From an uncultured Candidatus Saccharibacteria bacterium (lineage in GTDB: Bacteria; Patescibacteriota; Minisyncoccia; Phycocordibacterales; UBA9973), in NCBI GenBank assembly GCA_964573395.1, contig CAZNJI010000002.1, positions 64,931 through 98,706 of the forward strand: a stretch of 33,776 nucleotides of DNA, read 5' to 3'. A model generated the notes under the pieces. It searched no databases. It was not told where the DNA came from and saw only the letters and a list, made by a program, of their open reading frames with translations. Both the position numbers and the translations under genes were made by a program. Below are positions 24,751 through 32,786 of the stretch, piece after piece (the stretch's first letter is position 1; every line of letters begins with the position of its first letter).

Positions 24751-25803
24751 TTATAGCGTCTCCAAAAACTTCATTACCTTTTCATTGGTAAGCACGAGGT
24801 GGGCATAGGCTTTGGTTCTGGCCTCATCGGCACCCGGGTACGTTGCGAGCAGGCGATCTGCTTCAGTTTGAACCGCTGCTTCATCAGGAATGAGTTTTTC
24901 CGCTTCTGCAATTTTATCGATTACCAGTTGGAATTTTGCGCGTTTCTCCGCATCAGGAGTGAGTTCCGTTTCAAGCTGTTCTTTGGTTTTTCCGGCTTTT
25001 TCAAGATATTCATCAAACTTCATGCCGGCGCGGTCAATTTCAAACGAAAGCTGCCCGATCATTTTTTCAAGCTCGGCGCGAACGAATAATGCAGGCACTT
25101 CAAGCGCTGTTTCGTTTGCAATTGCATCAAGGAGCGCGGCGCGTCGCTTGTCTTTTGCCTGGAGCTCTTTTTCGAGCTTCAGGTTTTCCTTAATTTTATC
25201 TTTCAGCTCCGCTACGGTTTCGAATTTTCCAAAAGATTTCGCAAAGGCATCATCGACAACCGGAAGCTCTTCTTCAGTATGCTCATGCGGGCCTTCTGAC
25301 GCGTGGTCGTCATGCTGATGGAGGCGCATGTGGCGCAATTCTTCGATGGTTTTGTGTACATCTTCGTCGGTTACTTCCGCTGGGACAACCGGAGCAGCAT
25401 CTTTCGCCAGTTTTTTGTAATCAGGCAGGGTAATTGCTGGCATGACAGAGACGAGAATTCGAAATTCAAGGTCATTTCCGCGCGCAAGCTTGGTTAGTGC
25501 AATCTTCGGCCGGCCGATCGCGTCGATCTTATGTTCAATAATCATTTCCGGATAATGTTTTTCAAGCGCCAGTTGGGCCATCTCTTCAAGCGTAAGTTGT
25601 TCGGGAACCTGCTTCTTGAGGATGTTTTCAGGAACGCTTCCCTTGCGGAAACCATCTACTTCGATGTTCTTTCCTAGGTTTGCAAGCGCCGCGGCTTCAA
25701 AAGCGGCAAACTGCTCCCACGGAATGCTGCCAACAAGCTCCACTTCGCTTTTTGGAAGCTCCTCTACTTTTACGGTATATGCGTTTTGATCGTCTTTTTT
25801 CAT
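24751..25803 (-). CDS. tig: Trigger factor lacking the FKBP-type PPIase domain
   Basis: N-terminal ribosome-binding domain with the GFRKGSVP signature. After VTDEDVHKTIEELRHMR, a short His/Glu-rich linker (LHQHDDHASEGPHEHTEEE) leads straight into the C-terminal arm domain (LPVVDDAFAKSFG ... ALEVPALFVRAELEKMI). 350 aa, against roughly 430 for canonical trigger factors. Confidence 0.85.
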   Translation of the reverse strand: MKKDDQNAYTVKVEELPKSEVELVGSIPWEQFAAFEAAALANLGKNIEVDGFRKGSVPENILKKQVPEQLTLEEMAQLALEKHYPEMIIEHKIDAIGRPKIALTKLARGNDLEFRILVSVMPAITLPDYKKLAKDAAPVVPAEVTDEDVHKTIEELRHMRLHQHDDHASEGPHEHTEEELPVVDDAFAKSFGKFETVAELKDKIKENLKLEKELQAKDKRRAALLDAIANETALEVPALFVRAELEKMIGQLSFEIDRAGMKFDEYLEKAGKTKEQLETELTPDAEKRAKFQLVIDKIAEAEKLIPDEAAVQTEADRLLATYPGADEARTKAYAHLVLTNEKVMKFLETL

Positions 25804-25897
25804 TGGATTGCCCAGTCTAACACACTCACCCTAAAACAAAAACCCAGCCATTATTTCTTTTCACATAACGGCCGGGAAAGTAATCCGAGTTACTTTT

Positions 25898-26194
25898 TTA
25901 TAACCCTTCAACTACTCCTTCAAAATAGAGCTCGTTGAGTTCTTGTTCGGTTTGGTCGAGTTCTGAAGCATTGTCTGATTGTGTTGCACCGACATTTTGC
26001 ATGTCATACTCATTGTTTATTACTTCAGCAGGATTTTTTTTGAGATACCAATACCCAAGCCCTGCTGCGACAAGGATAATAAGCAGGGCTATTAATAGTG
26101 ATTTTGCAGTATGCGGCTTTTTGTTCTGCTGCTCACCTTGCATGCTGCTTGGCATTTGCTCTAGCTTTGTTTCATTCAATCCGTTCGGTTCCAT
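25898..26194 (-). CDS. Small single-pass membrane protein (MEPN-type), paralog of 31115-31435
   Basis: 98 aa. MEPNGL..., a basic patch (KKPH), a transmembrane helix LLIALLIILVAAGLGYWYL, and an acidic tail (DQTEQELNEL). Begins 3 nt after the upstream secreted-protein gene. Confidence 0.65.
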   Translation of the reverse strand: MEPNGLNETKLEQMPSSMQGEQQNKKPHTAKSLLIALLIILVAAGLGYWYLKKNPAEVINNEYDMQNVGATQSDNASELDQTEQELNELYFEGVVEGL

Positions 26195-26197
26195 AAG

Positions 26198-26911
26198 TTA
26201 ATTTTTTGCCGCTTCTGCGTTCGCTGAGCTTTCAACTTCCGCCTTAGCTTCAACGGCTGCGTCCGTGTTCTTCTTTAAGTTAGTAATGGCGGCAACGAGA
26301 GATGCGCGCGTCTTTTTAAGCGATTCTTCTGCCGCCTTTGCGTATTCACGCGCTATTTCAATCGTTTCCTTGTTGTTGTCTTCAATGGTCATTGCGCCAA
26401 GCTTATCAAGGTTTTCAATTGAAACCTGAAGTGATGCCTTTGCATCAGCAATGCTTGCTTCCGCTTCAGTAGTTGTTTTTCCGCGCGCTTTCAATCGGGC
26501 AGCGGCATTTTCAATTCGCTCGATATGCGCAGTAAGCACTACTATTACCTGGCGAAGCTTTCGCTCAACGTATCCTTTGCGGACGCCGGCCTGTTTTTGC
26601 CGAATTTCTTTGATTTCCGCCTGTAATTCGGCTCGGCGCGCTTCGATTTTTGCCTGTACCTCAGCGCGTCGTTCTTCGCCGTTACTGTTTGACTCGGATC
26701 GGGCATTAACATCAACTTTCATCTCGGCTCGGCGCGCATCAATGTTAGTTTGCACATTTGTCTTTACACCCTCGCGCTTCAGCTGAAGGTTACTTTTTAG
26801 TTCATCAAGCCGAGCCCGAACATCGACTTGAGCATTTGTTTGCGCATAGGTACTTGTTTCAAACATGAGAACAAGCAGAAGCGCGGCAATGATATTAAAT
26901 AGTATTTTCAT
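26198..26911 (-). CDS. Secreted coiled-coil repeat protein, function unknown
   Basis: 237 aa. Signal peptide MKILFNIIAALLLVLMFETSTYAQ. Repeated (D/E)ARRAE heptad-like segments (IDARRAEMKVDV, EERRAEVQAKIEARRAELQAEI). Confidence 0.7.
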   Translation of the reverse strand: MKILFNIIAALLLVLMFETSTYAQTNAQVDVRARLDELKSNLQLKREGVKTNVQTNIDARRAEMKVDVNARSESNSNGEERRAEVQAKIEARRAELQAEIKEIRQKQAGVRKGYVERKLRQVIVVLTAHIERIENAAARLKARGKTTTEAEASIADAKASLQVSIENLDKLGAMTIEDNNKETIEIAREYAKAAEESLKKTRASLVAAITNLKKNTDAAVEAKAEVESSANAEAAKN

Positions 26912-26990
26912 GGTTTTTTTATTAATTACGTGGCTCTAGCCAACCTTACTAGTATAGAACAAGAGACGAATCAGAGGGGAGGAAACTTAC

Positions 26991-27019
26991 TTGACAATAC
27001 TATGTATTAGTGATATAAT
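26991..27019 (+). promoter_or_regulatory. Perfect-consensus sigma70 promoter with extended -10
   Basis: TTGACA (26991-26996), exactly 17 nt of spacer, TGaTATAAT (TG at 27011-27012, TATAAT at 27014-27019). Confidence 0.7.
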
Positions 27020-27035
27020 AGAGAAAATTGATTTT

Positions 27036-27446
27036 ATGAATAACTACGCAGTGAGTACCACTATTGCCGGCCAGGTAATTACGACTACTTCTCTGGGTGA
27101 TTTGTTTGCTCAAATGAATGACCTTTAGCGTTTGGCTTCAAACCGAAACTAGCTGGATGCGGCTATAAAGAGCATCGGGGAAATGGAGACGCCCTCGCTA
27201 CTAACCCAAGCGCTGTACAACAGTCTCCTCAATTTTTGAGTGTTTCCATGCCGGAACATTCAACAGTTGAAACAAAATTTGTTCATTATAAAAATCTTCC
27301 ATATGCTTCTTCTGGAAATTCTAATTCGGCTCCAGACTTGCTCACATTACTTTGTGACTGGAGTGTACGCGATAAAGAAATTTTTTTCCTGAATATATTA
27401 AATCCCAATGTCTACCAGGACGAACCGTGGACATATATGAAAACTA
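27036..27446 (+). pseudogene. Orphan transcribed locus: 30-codon ORF followed by stop- and frameshift-interrupted reading frames (gene remnant, small peptide gene or ncRNA)
   Basis: The ATG at 27036 gives MNNYAVSTTIAGQVITTTSLGDLFAQMNDL, ending at TAG (27126). The same frame continues through a second TAG (27150) to TGA (27237). A further open frame, shifted by one, starts near 27236/27248 and runs through the terminator hairpins. Confidence 0.3.
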
Positions 27447-27480
27447 CCGCTCCCACCATTAAATTCGAGCGGTTTTTTTA
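27447..27480 (+). terminator. Rho-independent terminator of the orphan locus
   Basis: ccgctc-(14-nt loop)-gagcgg followed by ttttttt. Confidence 0.65.
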
Positions 27481-27483
27481 TTT

Positions 27484-27511
27484 CAAAAAAATCCCGATTC
27501 GGGATTTTTTT
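27484..27511. terminator. Bidirectional terminator (serves ppa on the minus strand)
   Basis: aaaaaaa-atcccg-att-cgggat-tttttt, 6 nt after the ppa stop. Confidence 0.8.
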
Positions 27512-27516
27512 GAAAC

Positions 27517-28047
27517 TTACTTTTGGAATTTTTCTTCGTAGAGCTTTTGCGATCGCAGCACCGCTTCTTTTGCTGCATCAGCGCTGCCAATGCCGTTAAT
27601 GGCCACTTCTTTCTGTTGCAGTTTTTTATACGTGAGGAAGAAGTGTTCAATTTCTTTGATGGTGTGCTTATTAATGTCGGGAAGATCTCGGACATCGTCG
27701 AAGCGCGGATCTTTTTCCGGCACGCCGATTATTTTCGCATCGCTATCGCCATCGTCAATCATGTTTATTACCGCAATCGGCCGAACTTTCACTAAAATTC
27801 CCGGCGCGAGCGGGTAGGTCGTAAGTACTACCACGTCGAGCGGATCGCCATCTTCCCAATGGCTTTGCGGCATGAATCCGTAATCGAACGGATAATCTTG
27901 GCTCGTGTGCATGGCGCGATCGAGCGTAATGAGCCCCGTTTCTTTGTCGATTTCGTACTTATTTTTAGAACCCTTTGGAATCTCAATAATGACATTGATG
28001 ATATCGGGAACATTTTTTCCTGCGGTAATTTCGTGCAATAAATTCAT
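27517..28047 (-). CDS. ppa: Inorganic pyrophosphatase (family I)
   Basis: VIIEIPKGSKNKYEIDKETG, YPFDYGFMPQS, DGDPLDVVVL and DDGDSDAKIIGVP are canonical family I PPase motifs. Confidence 0.95.
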   Translation of the reverse strand: MNLLHEITAGKNVPDIINVIIEIPKGSKNKYEIDKETGLITLDRAMHTSQDYPFDYGFMPQSHWEDGDPLDVVVLTTYPLAPGILVKVRPIAVINMIDDGDSDAKIIGVPEKDPRFDDVRDLPDINKHTIKEIEHFFLTYKKLQQKEVAINGIGSADAAKEAVLRSQKLYEEKFQK

Positions 28048-28187
28048 GGCTTAATAGTAATTAGATAATAAATGAATAGTATATACGATTGCATAAATTC
28101 TTACATTCAGATTGCACGCATAAAATTCTCGTGAATTTTTGCTCCGCTCGGCTACCCGCCTGCGCGGGGCTCTCTTCGTGTAAGAAT

Positions 28188-29441
28188 TTATTTATCCTCT
28201 TCTGTTGAAGTGGTTTCGGATTCTGCTGGAACTTCCGTTGGATCCTCTGCGGCTTCTTCTGTCGGCGCACTTTCAGTTTTTTCAGACTTGAGATCAGAGA
28301 GTGATACGAAATTTTCTCCCTCGATTACCGGAGCATTTTCTTCATTCAGAACCGACTCAGATCCCTTGATGTCTATTTTCCAGCCGGTGAGCTTTGCAGC
28401 CAGGCGAACGTTCTGTCCGCCTTTTCCAATAGCAAGAGAGAGCTGGTCAGGGGTAACTTCAATCGTTGCTTTTCGTTCTTCCGGATTAAGTTCCAAATCA
28501 AGCACTTTTGCCGGAGAGAGCGCCTTGCGAACGAATTCAGCTGGGTCTTCGCTCCATTCAATAATGTCGATTTTTTCTCCACCTAGTTCATTCATGACGG
28601 TCGAGACCCGGACGCCTTTCTGGCCGACGCATGATCCAACTGGATCAATGTTTTGGTCGGCAGTATACACGGCAATTTTTGAACGACTTCCTGGTTCTCG
28701 GGCAATTGCTTTGATTTCAACGACGCCAGAAGAAACCTCAGGAGATTCATAGGCAAAGAGGCGCTCCAGGAATCGAGGGTGAGTGCGAGAGAGTCGGAGC
28801 GTCACACCACGCGGGCCTTCTTCTACTGCATACAAATAGGCTCGGATGCGTGATCCGCGGCTGTAGCGCTCTCCAGGAATCTGTTCGTTTGCCGGTAGTA
28901 CTCCTGAAGCGCGGTTGAAATCAATAAACACGATGCCGCGATCGACTTTTTGAATGTAGCCAGAAACAATGTCTCCTTCTTTTCCGCCAAATTCATCCAT
29001 AATAGAGCTTCGCTCTGCTTCTCGAATACGCTGCATAATAACCTGCTTTGCGGTTTGTGCCGCGATTCGCCCGAAATCCTCTTTTGCATCAAGTGGAAAC
29101 ACGATTTCATCGTTTACTGCGGCATCCTTTTTAATAATGCGGGCATCTTCAAGGAGAATGTGCTTTTCCTCGTTAAAATGCTCTCGCTCATCCGTTTCGG
29201 ATGCTTCTTCTTCATCGAATCGAACGACCGAATCGTCGACAACGATTTTTACCTGGTAGAACGCGACCGTGCCGAGTTCAAAATCGATAGTCGATCGGAT
29301 GATCTGCCCTTTTTTGCCGTATTCTTTTTTATACGCTGCCGCGAGCGACTGCTCGATTGCATCAAGGAGTTTTTCGCGCGGAATGCGCCGCTCCGCTTCA
29401 AGCTGTTCAATTGCTGATTTTAGTGTTTTGACATCTAGCAT
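28188..29441 (-). CDS. nusA: Transcription termination/antitermination factor NusA
   Basis: N-terminal domain (IEQLEAERRIPREKLLDAIEQSLAAAYKK), S1 domain (GDIVSGYIQKVDRGIVFIDF), two KH domains (DPVGSCVGQKGVRV; LSLAIGKGGQNVRLAAKLTGWKIDI) and an acidic C-terminal tail. No rimP upstream or infB downstream in this window. Confidence 0.95.
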   Translation of the reverse strand: MLDVKTLKSAIEQLEAERRIPREKLLDAIEQSLAAAYKKEYGKKGQIIRSTIDFELGTVAFYQVKIVVDDSVVRFDEEEASETDEREHFNEEKHILLEDARIIKKDAAVNDEIVFPLDAKEDFGRIAAQTAKQVIMQRIREAERSSIMDEFGGKEGDIVSGYIQKVDRGIVFIDFNRASGVLPANEQIPGERYSRGSRIRAYLYAVEEGPRGVTLRLSRTHPRFLERLFAYESPEVSSGVVEIKAIAREPGSRSKIAVYTADQNIDPVGSCVGQKGVRVSTVMNELGGEKIDIIEWSEDPAEFVRKALSPAKVLDLELNPEERKATIEVTPDQLSLAIGKGGQNVRLAAKLTGWKIDIKGSESVLNEENAPVIEGENFVSLSDLKSEKTESAPTEEAAEDPTEVPAESETTSTEEDK

Positions 29442-29526
29442 AGGGTAACTCTTTAAAAATAAACGCCCGAAGGGGATTCGGACTGTTGCCCCATGATTCT
29501 ACCATAGGATATACTGTTAATCAACA

Positions 29527-31080
29527 ATGCCACATAGCCTCCTGCAATCAAGGTTTATTTGGGTAACGCTTACATTTTTGTGCTTTTTGGTATCTTTTTT
29601 TTCGCATGGAATACGGAGTGCTTCGGCTGGAACGGGAGACAATATAACGGGGCATATCTGGAGTTCGAACGTGGGATGGGTGAGTTTGAATAATTGCGAT
29701 GAACTGGGCAGCTGCGGCCCCGTTTCATATGGCATTTCCTTTCTGCCGGTGGCGCCTGGCACTGGAAGCGGATATGCGTGGAGCCCGAACGTAGGATGGA
29801 TTACCTTCAATGACACCGGTTGTCCGGCAAATGTCCCCGGATGCGTTGGCGGTACCCGGATCGATTGGGAACATACAGACGGAGTTGGTTTTCATCAAAT
29901 GAAAGGATGGCCGCGAGCTTGCAGCGTCTATGTTTCAGGCTGCAGCGGAGCGCTCAAGGATGCATCGATTCTCGGGGGATGGGACGGATACCTGGCGCTT
30001 TCAGACGAGGTGGCAACCGACGGAATTGATTGGGGCGCGGTCGATGTTCGCTCTGATAATACGATTCAAGACTGGATGTGGGGGTCTGATGTATTCGGTT
30101 GGATGAAATTCTACGCCAAGATTAATAGCGGGTTCTTCGTCACGCTCACGGCGAGCAGCCCGACCATTAGCCCGGGGCAATCGTCGAACCTTACCTGGAA
30201 TTCCAACGGCGTATCGTGCACCGGAACGAACTTTTCAACCGGATCGGCAAAGCCGCGGACGGGAACGGTAACGGTAAGCCCGACCGTTACCACCGATTAC
30301 ACGGTTACCTGTAGCGATTCAATCGGCAATACGAAAACAGCAACGGCTCGAGTAACCGTCGTCTCTTCTTCTGCTGTAAATAATTTTACGTCATCGAGCA
30401 GCTGTCTGCCGCCAGGAAATCGAGTTCCGGCGTTCAGCTGGAGTACGACCGACCTAAGCCAGTGCACTATTAAGATGCAATCTTCAGGAAACACTGCTTC
30501 ACAATCCGTTCTGCCGTCAGGGAACAACGTAACATTGAACAGTTCCATGGGAATTCCTGCATCATCGGCAAGCGCGAATTATACGCTCGAATGCGCGGCC
30601 AACGGTTCAGGCGCCGTTCTGCCGAATCTCGTTTCAAGCGTCCCTCCGGTATCGGTTTCAATTTGCGCAACCAGCTATGGCATCAGTGTTACCCCGATGG
30701 ATCCTCGCTTGGTCGATGCGGCCAATGATCCCGTTACCGGGCTGCCGCGGAAAAAACAGCAATTCAGAATTAGCGTAAGCCCGAGCGGCGGCTTTACCGG
30801 AACGGTAACCCTCGGCAGAACGCTGCCAAGTTTTGCGGTAGGAGCAAATCCGGTATTTCCAAGCGGCACCACGGCAGTGTTTGATGCCTCCACGCTCAGC
30901 TCTAGCGCCGGCTCGTACGGAACGGCAATTCTTACCGTTTTCCTGCCGGCGGCAAGCGTTACGCCGAATACGACCTGGGCGAATATTACCGTAACCGGCA
31001 CATCCGGATCATTCTCTGCTTCCGCGCCGGCAACTGTGTCGTCAGCCGGAAAGCGCGAGCTCATTTACGAAGAAATTTAA
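29527..31080 (+). CDS. Secreted protein: three WSxNxGW-type repeats followed by Ser/Thr-rich Ig-like domains
   Basis: 517 aa. Signal peptide FIWVTLTFLCFLVSFFSHGIRSASA. Repeats GHIWSSNVGWVSLN, GYAWSPNVGWITFN and DWMWGSDVFGWMKF. Ig-like units, e.g. LTASSPTISPGQSSNLTWNSNGVSCTG ... TTDYTVTCSDSIGNTKTATARVTV. Confidence 0.75.
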   Translation: MPHSLLQSRFIWVTLTFLCFLVSFFSHGIRSASAGTGDNITGHIWSSNVGWVSLNNCDELGSCGPVSYGISFLPVAPGTGSGYAWSPNVGWITFNDTGCPANVPGCVGGTRIDWEHTDGVGFHQMKGWPRACSVYVSGCSGALKDASILGGWDGYLALSDEVATDGIDWGAVDVRSDNTIQDWMWGSDVFGWMKFYAKINSGFFVTLTASSPTISPGQSSNLTWNSNGVSCTGTNFSTGSAKPRTGTVTVSPTVTTDYTVTCSDSIGNTKTATARVTVVSSSAVNNFTSSSSCLPPGNRVPAFSWSTTDLSQCTIKMQSSGNTASQSVLPSGNNVTLNSSMGIPASSASANYTLECAANGSGAVLPNLVSSVPPVSVSICATSYGISVTPMDPRLVDAANDPVTGLPRKKQQFRISVSPSGGFTGTVTLGRTLPSFAVGANPVFPSGTTAVFDASTLSSSAGSYGTAILTVFLPAASVTPNTTWANITVTGTSGSFSASAPATVSSAGKRELIYEEI

Positions 31081-31114
31081 TTTCTCTTTTTAAAAGCGGT
31101 ATACTCAAAAAGTA

Positions 31115-31435
31115 ATGGAACCGAATGTACAAGCTCAAACATCCGGAGTGCGCTTGCCCGAAGCAAAGCCAAAGCATCACCATATGCCGCTCGTGCTAGG
31201 GGCGGTGCTCATCCTCATACTTCTACTTGCGGGTTGGTATTGGTGGAACCAAACACAAAAAGGCGTTACGCCGCTCGAGCAGTTAAGCGAACTGAAATAT
31301 TCATCACGTCCGGTTTCTGAATCAGTAGAAGATCGGCTGATTGAACTTGAGGCAATCCAAGAAAGTTCCGCGCCGGTTACCGCAACTAGCGATGAACAGC
31401 TCAACATGCTTGAGTCGCTTGGCCGCTCAGAGTAA
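31115..31435 (+). CDS. Small single-pass membrane protein (MEPN-type), paralog of 25898-26194
   Basis: 106 aa. MEPNVQ..., a basic patch (KPKHHH), a transmembrane helix LVLGAVLILILLLAGWYWW, and an acidic tail (SDEQLNMLESL). Confidence 0.65.
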   Translation: MEPNVQAQTSGVRLPEAKPKHHHMPLVLGAVLILILLLAGWYWWNQTQKGVTPLEQLSELKYSSRPVSESVEDRLIELEAIQESSAPVTATSDEQLNMLESLGRSE

Positions 31436-31450
31436 AATTTTAACTTACTT

Positions 31451-31888
31451 ATGAAATTCTCTTCTCCGCTATCTTCAAACACACAGGCACGGCTTCTGCT
31501 CTTTCTGCTCGGATTGTTTGTTTTTTTTGGAGCGGGAGTTTCTGCTTTTACGCCGCCCGTCGGCCATCCGGCTGATTGGAACATTGCTCCTCCGATCAAC
31601 GTGACTGAAGCGAATCAGGTAAAGGGCGGCGGTCTTTCGGTGAACGCATTCACTGCCCGCGGCAATGCTCAGTTTGCCCAAAAGGCAACGTTTAAGGGAA
31701 TAGTGCGGGGATCGAACGCAGCAAGCTCAACCATCTACTTCGGAGGCGCATCGAACGAAGTGGGAGTGAGCATTTTGGGCGACGTTGAAACGACGGGCCG
31801 ATTTCAAATAGATGATCTGCGGCACGCCGAGAGCCAGCCAAAGCGGCTCTGCGCGGATGCGAATGGAAAACTTATTTTTTGCCCATAA
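31451..31888 (+). CDS. Secreted protein, core-only member of a three-paralog family
   Basis: 145 aa. Signal LLLFLLGLFVFFGAGVSA, then FTPPVGHP ... PPINVTEANQVKGGGLSVNAFTARGNAQF ... IYFGG ... RLCADANGKLIFCP at the C-terminus. Confidence 0.7.
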   Translation: MKFSSPLSSNTQARLLLFLLGLFVFFGAGVSAFTPPVGHPADWNIAPPINVTEANQVKGGGLSVNAFTARGNAQFAQKATFKGIVRGSNAASSTIYFGGASNEVGVSILGDVETTGRFQIDDLRHAESQPKRLCADANGKLIFCP

Positions 31889-31890
31889 TC

Positions 31891-32784
31891 ATGAAGCATA
31901 AAATCATTCCACAACTACTCATTCTTATTTCCGGCATCGTGCTTGCTGTCGGCGCTAGTTATGTGCATGCAGCGCTTTTCACTGAGCCAACAGGTGCTCC
32001 GGTAATGAGTAATAAGGATGTGCCGATTCACGTCGGTGCCGATCAGGTGAAAAACGGCGGCCTCTCTGTCGGAACTTTTTTAGCAAACCAGAACGCGCAA
32101 TTTGACCAGCAGGTATTTCTGGGGGGGACGACCGCTCGGATGGTTCGAGGAGGCGCTCCTGCGACTGCCAATTCAACTGTCAATATCGGTGGGTTCAATG
32201 TCGATAATTCGGTCGACCGGGTAAAAACGATGGTTGACGGAAGCGTATTTGCCAATTCTCTTGAAGGAACGGATCTAAGCAATAACAGTTCGCGGAAGGT
32301 TTGCGCAAATGCCGCCGGAAAACTGGTGCTCTGTGAAGTTGTCTATGCTGCCGGAAGTGTTCAGGCGTGGTCACGATATAGTGCAAGTTCCGGCGATCCA
32401 ATTCCATGTCCGGTTCCGGGTCCCTTCTGCAGCAACACCGGACAGTCTGGGGTAGGCTTGCCACCGGGCAGTACATCAAATACAGGGTATGCATTTACCA
32501 TTCAAGCATGTTTAGATAAACACTATACTCAAGATAAGCAGGTAACGATTCAATGGACGGCAGGTGGGCAGCAGTACCAAAGCAACGTAACGGTGTATGC
32601 AAATCCAAACAGTAACGAAGGATATACGAATACCTGGTTTGCACTTAATTATGGAAACCCGAATGTGTGTTCAAAAATTTACGGGGTGGATGGGCCAACT
32701 ACGGGCGGCGTACCAACTATTAGCAACGTTTGCATCCGCCCGGCCGACAGCACGATTCCGGTGGCGCCAAGTCAGCAATGTTAA
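31891..32784 (+). CDS. Secreted protein, paralog 2: shared core plus a Cys-rich C-terminal domain
   Basis: The ATG at 31891 (MKHKII...) lies 2 nt after the previous stop. Signal ends VHA, then ALFTEPTGAP ... PIHVGADQVKNGGLSVGTFLANQNAQF ... NIGG ... KVCANAAGKLVLC, then about 150 aa with 6 further Cys. Confidence 0.72.
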   Translation: MKHKIIPQLLILISGIVLAVGASYVHAALFTEPTGAPVMSNKDVPIHVGADQVKNGGLSVGTFLANQNAQFDQQVFLGGTTARMVRGGAPATANSTVNIGGFNVDNSVDRVKTMVDGSVFANSLEGTDLSNNSSRKVCANAAGKLVLCEVVYAAGSVQAWSRYSASSGDPIPCPVPGPFCSNTGQSGVGLPPGSTSNTGYAFTIQACLDKHYTQDKQVTIQWTAGGQQYQSNVTVYANPNSNEGYTNTWFALNYGNPNVCSKIYGVDGPTTGGVPTISNVCIRPADSTIPVAPSQQC

Positions 32785-32786
32785 CC

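Noticed and set aside
27126-27152. In-frame TAG codons as pyrrolysine or programmed read-through
   Set aside because: TAG is used as an ordinary stop by several conserved genes here, and no pyl genes or PYLIS-like context are visible. Gene decay is the simpler explanation.
27236-27541. 101-aa ORF as a genuine CDS
   Set aside because: It starts at a TTG, reads through two consecutive terminator hairpins and overlaps the 3' end of ppa. It is treated as part of the orphan/pseudogene locus instead.
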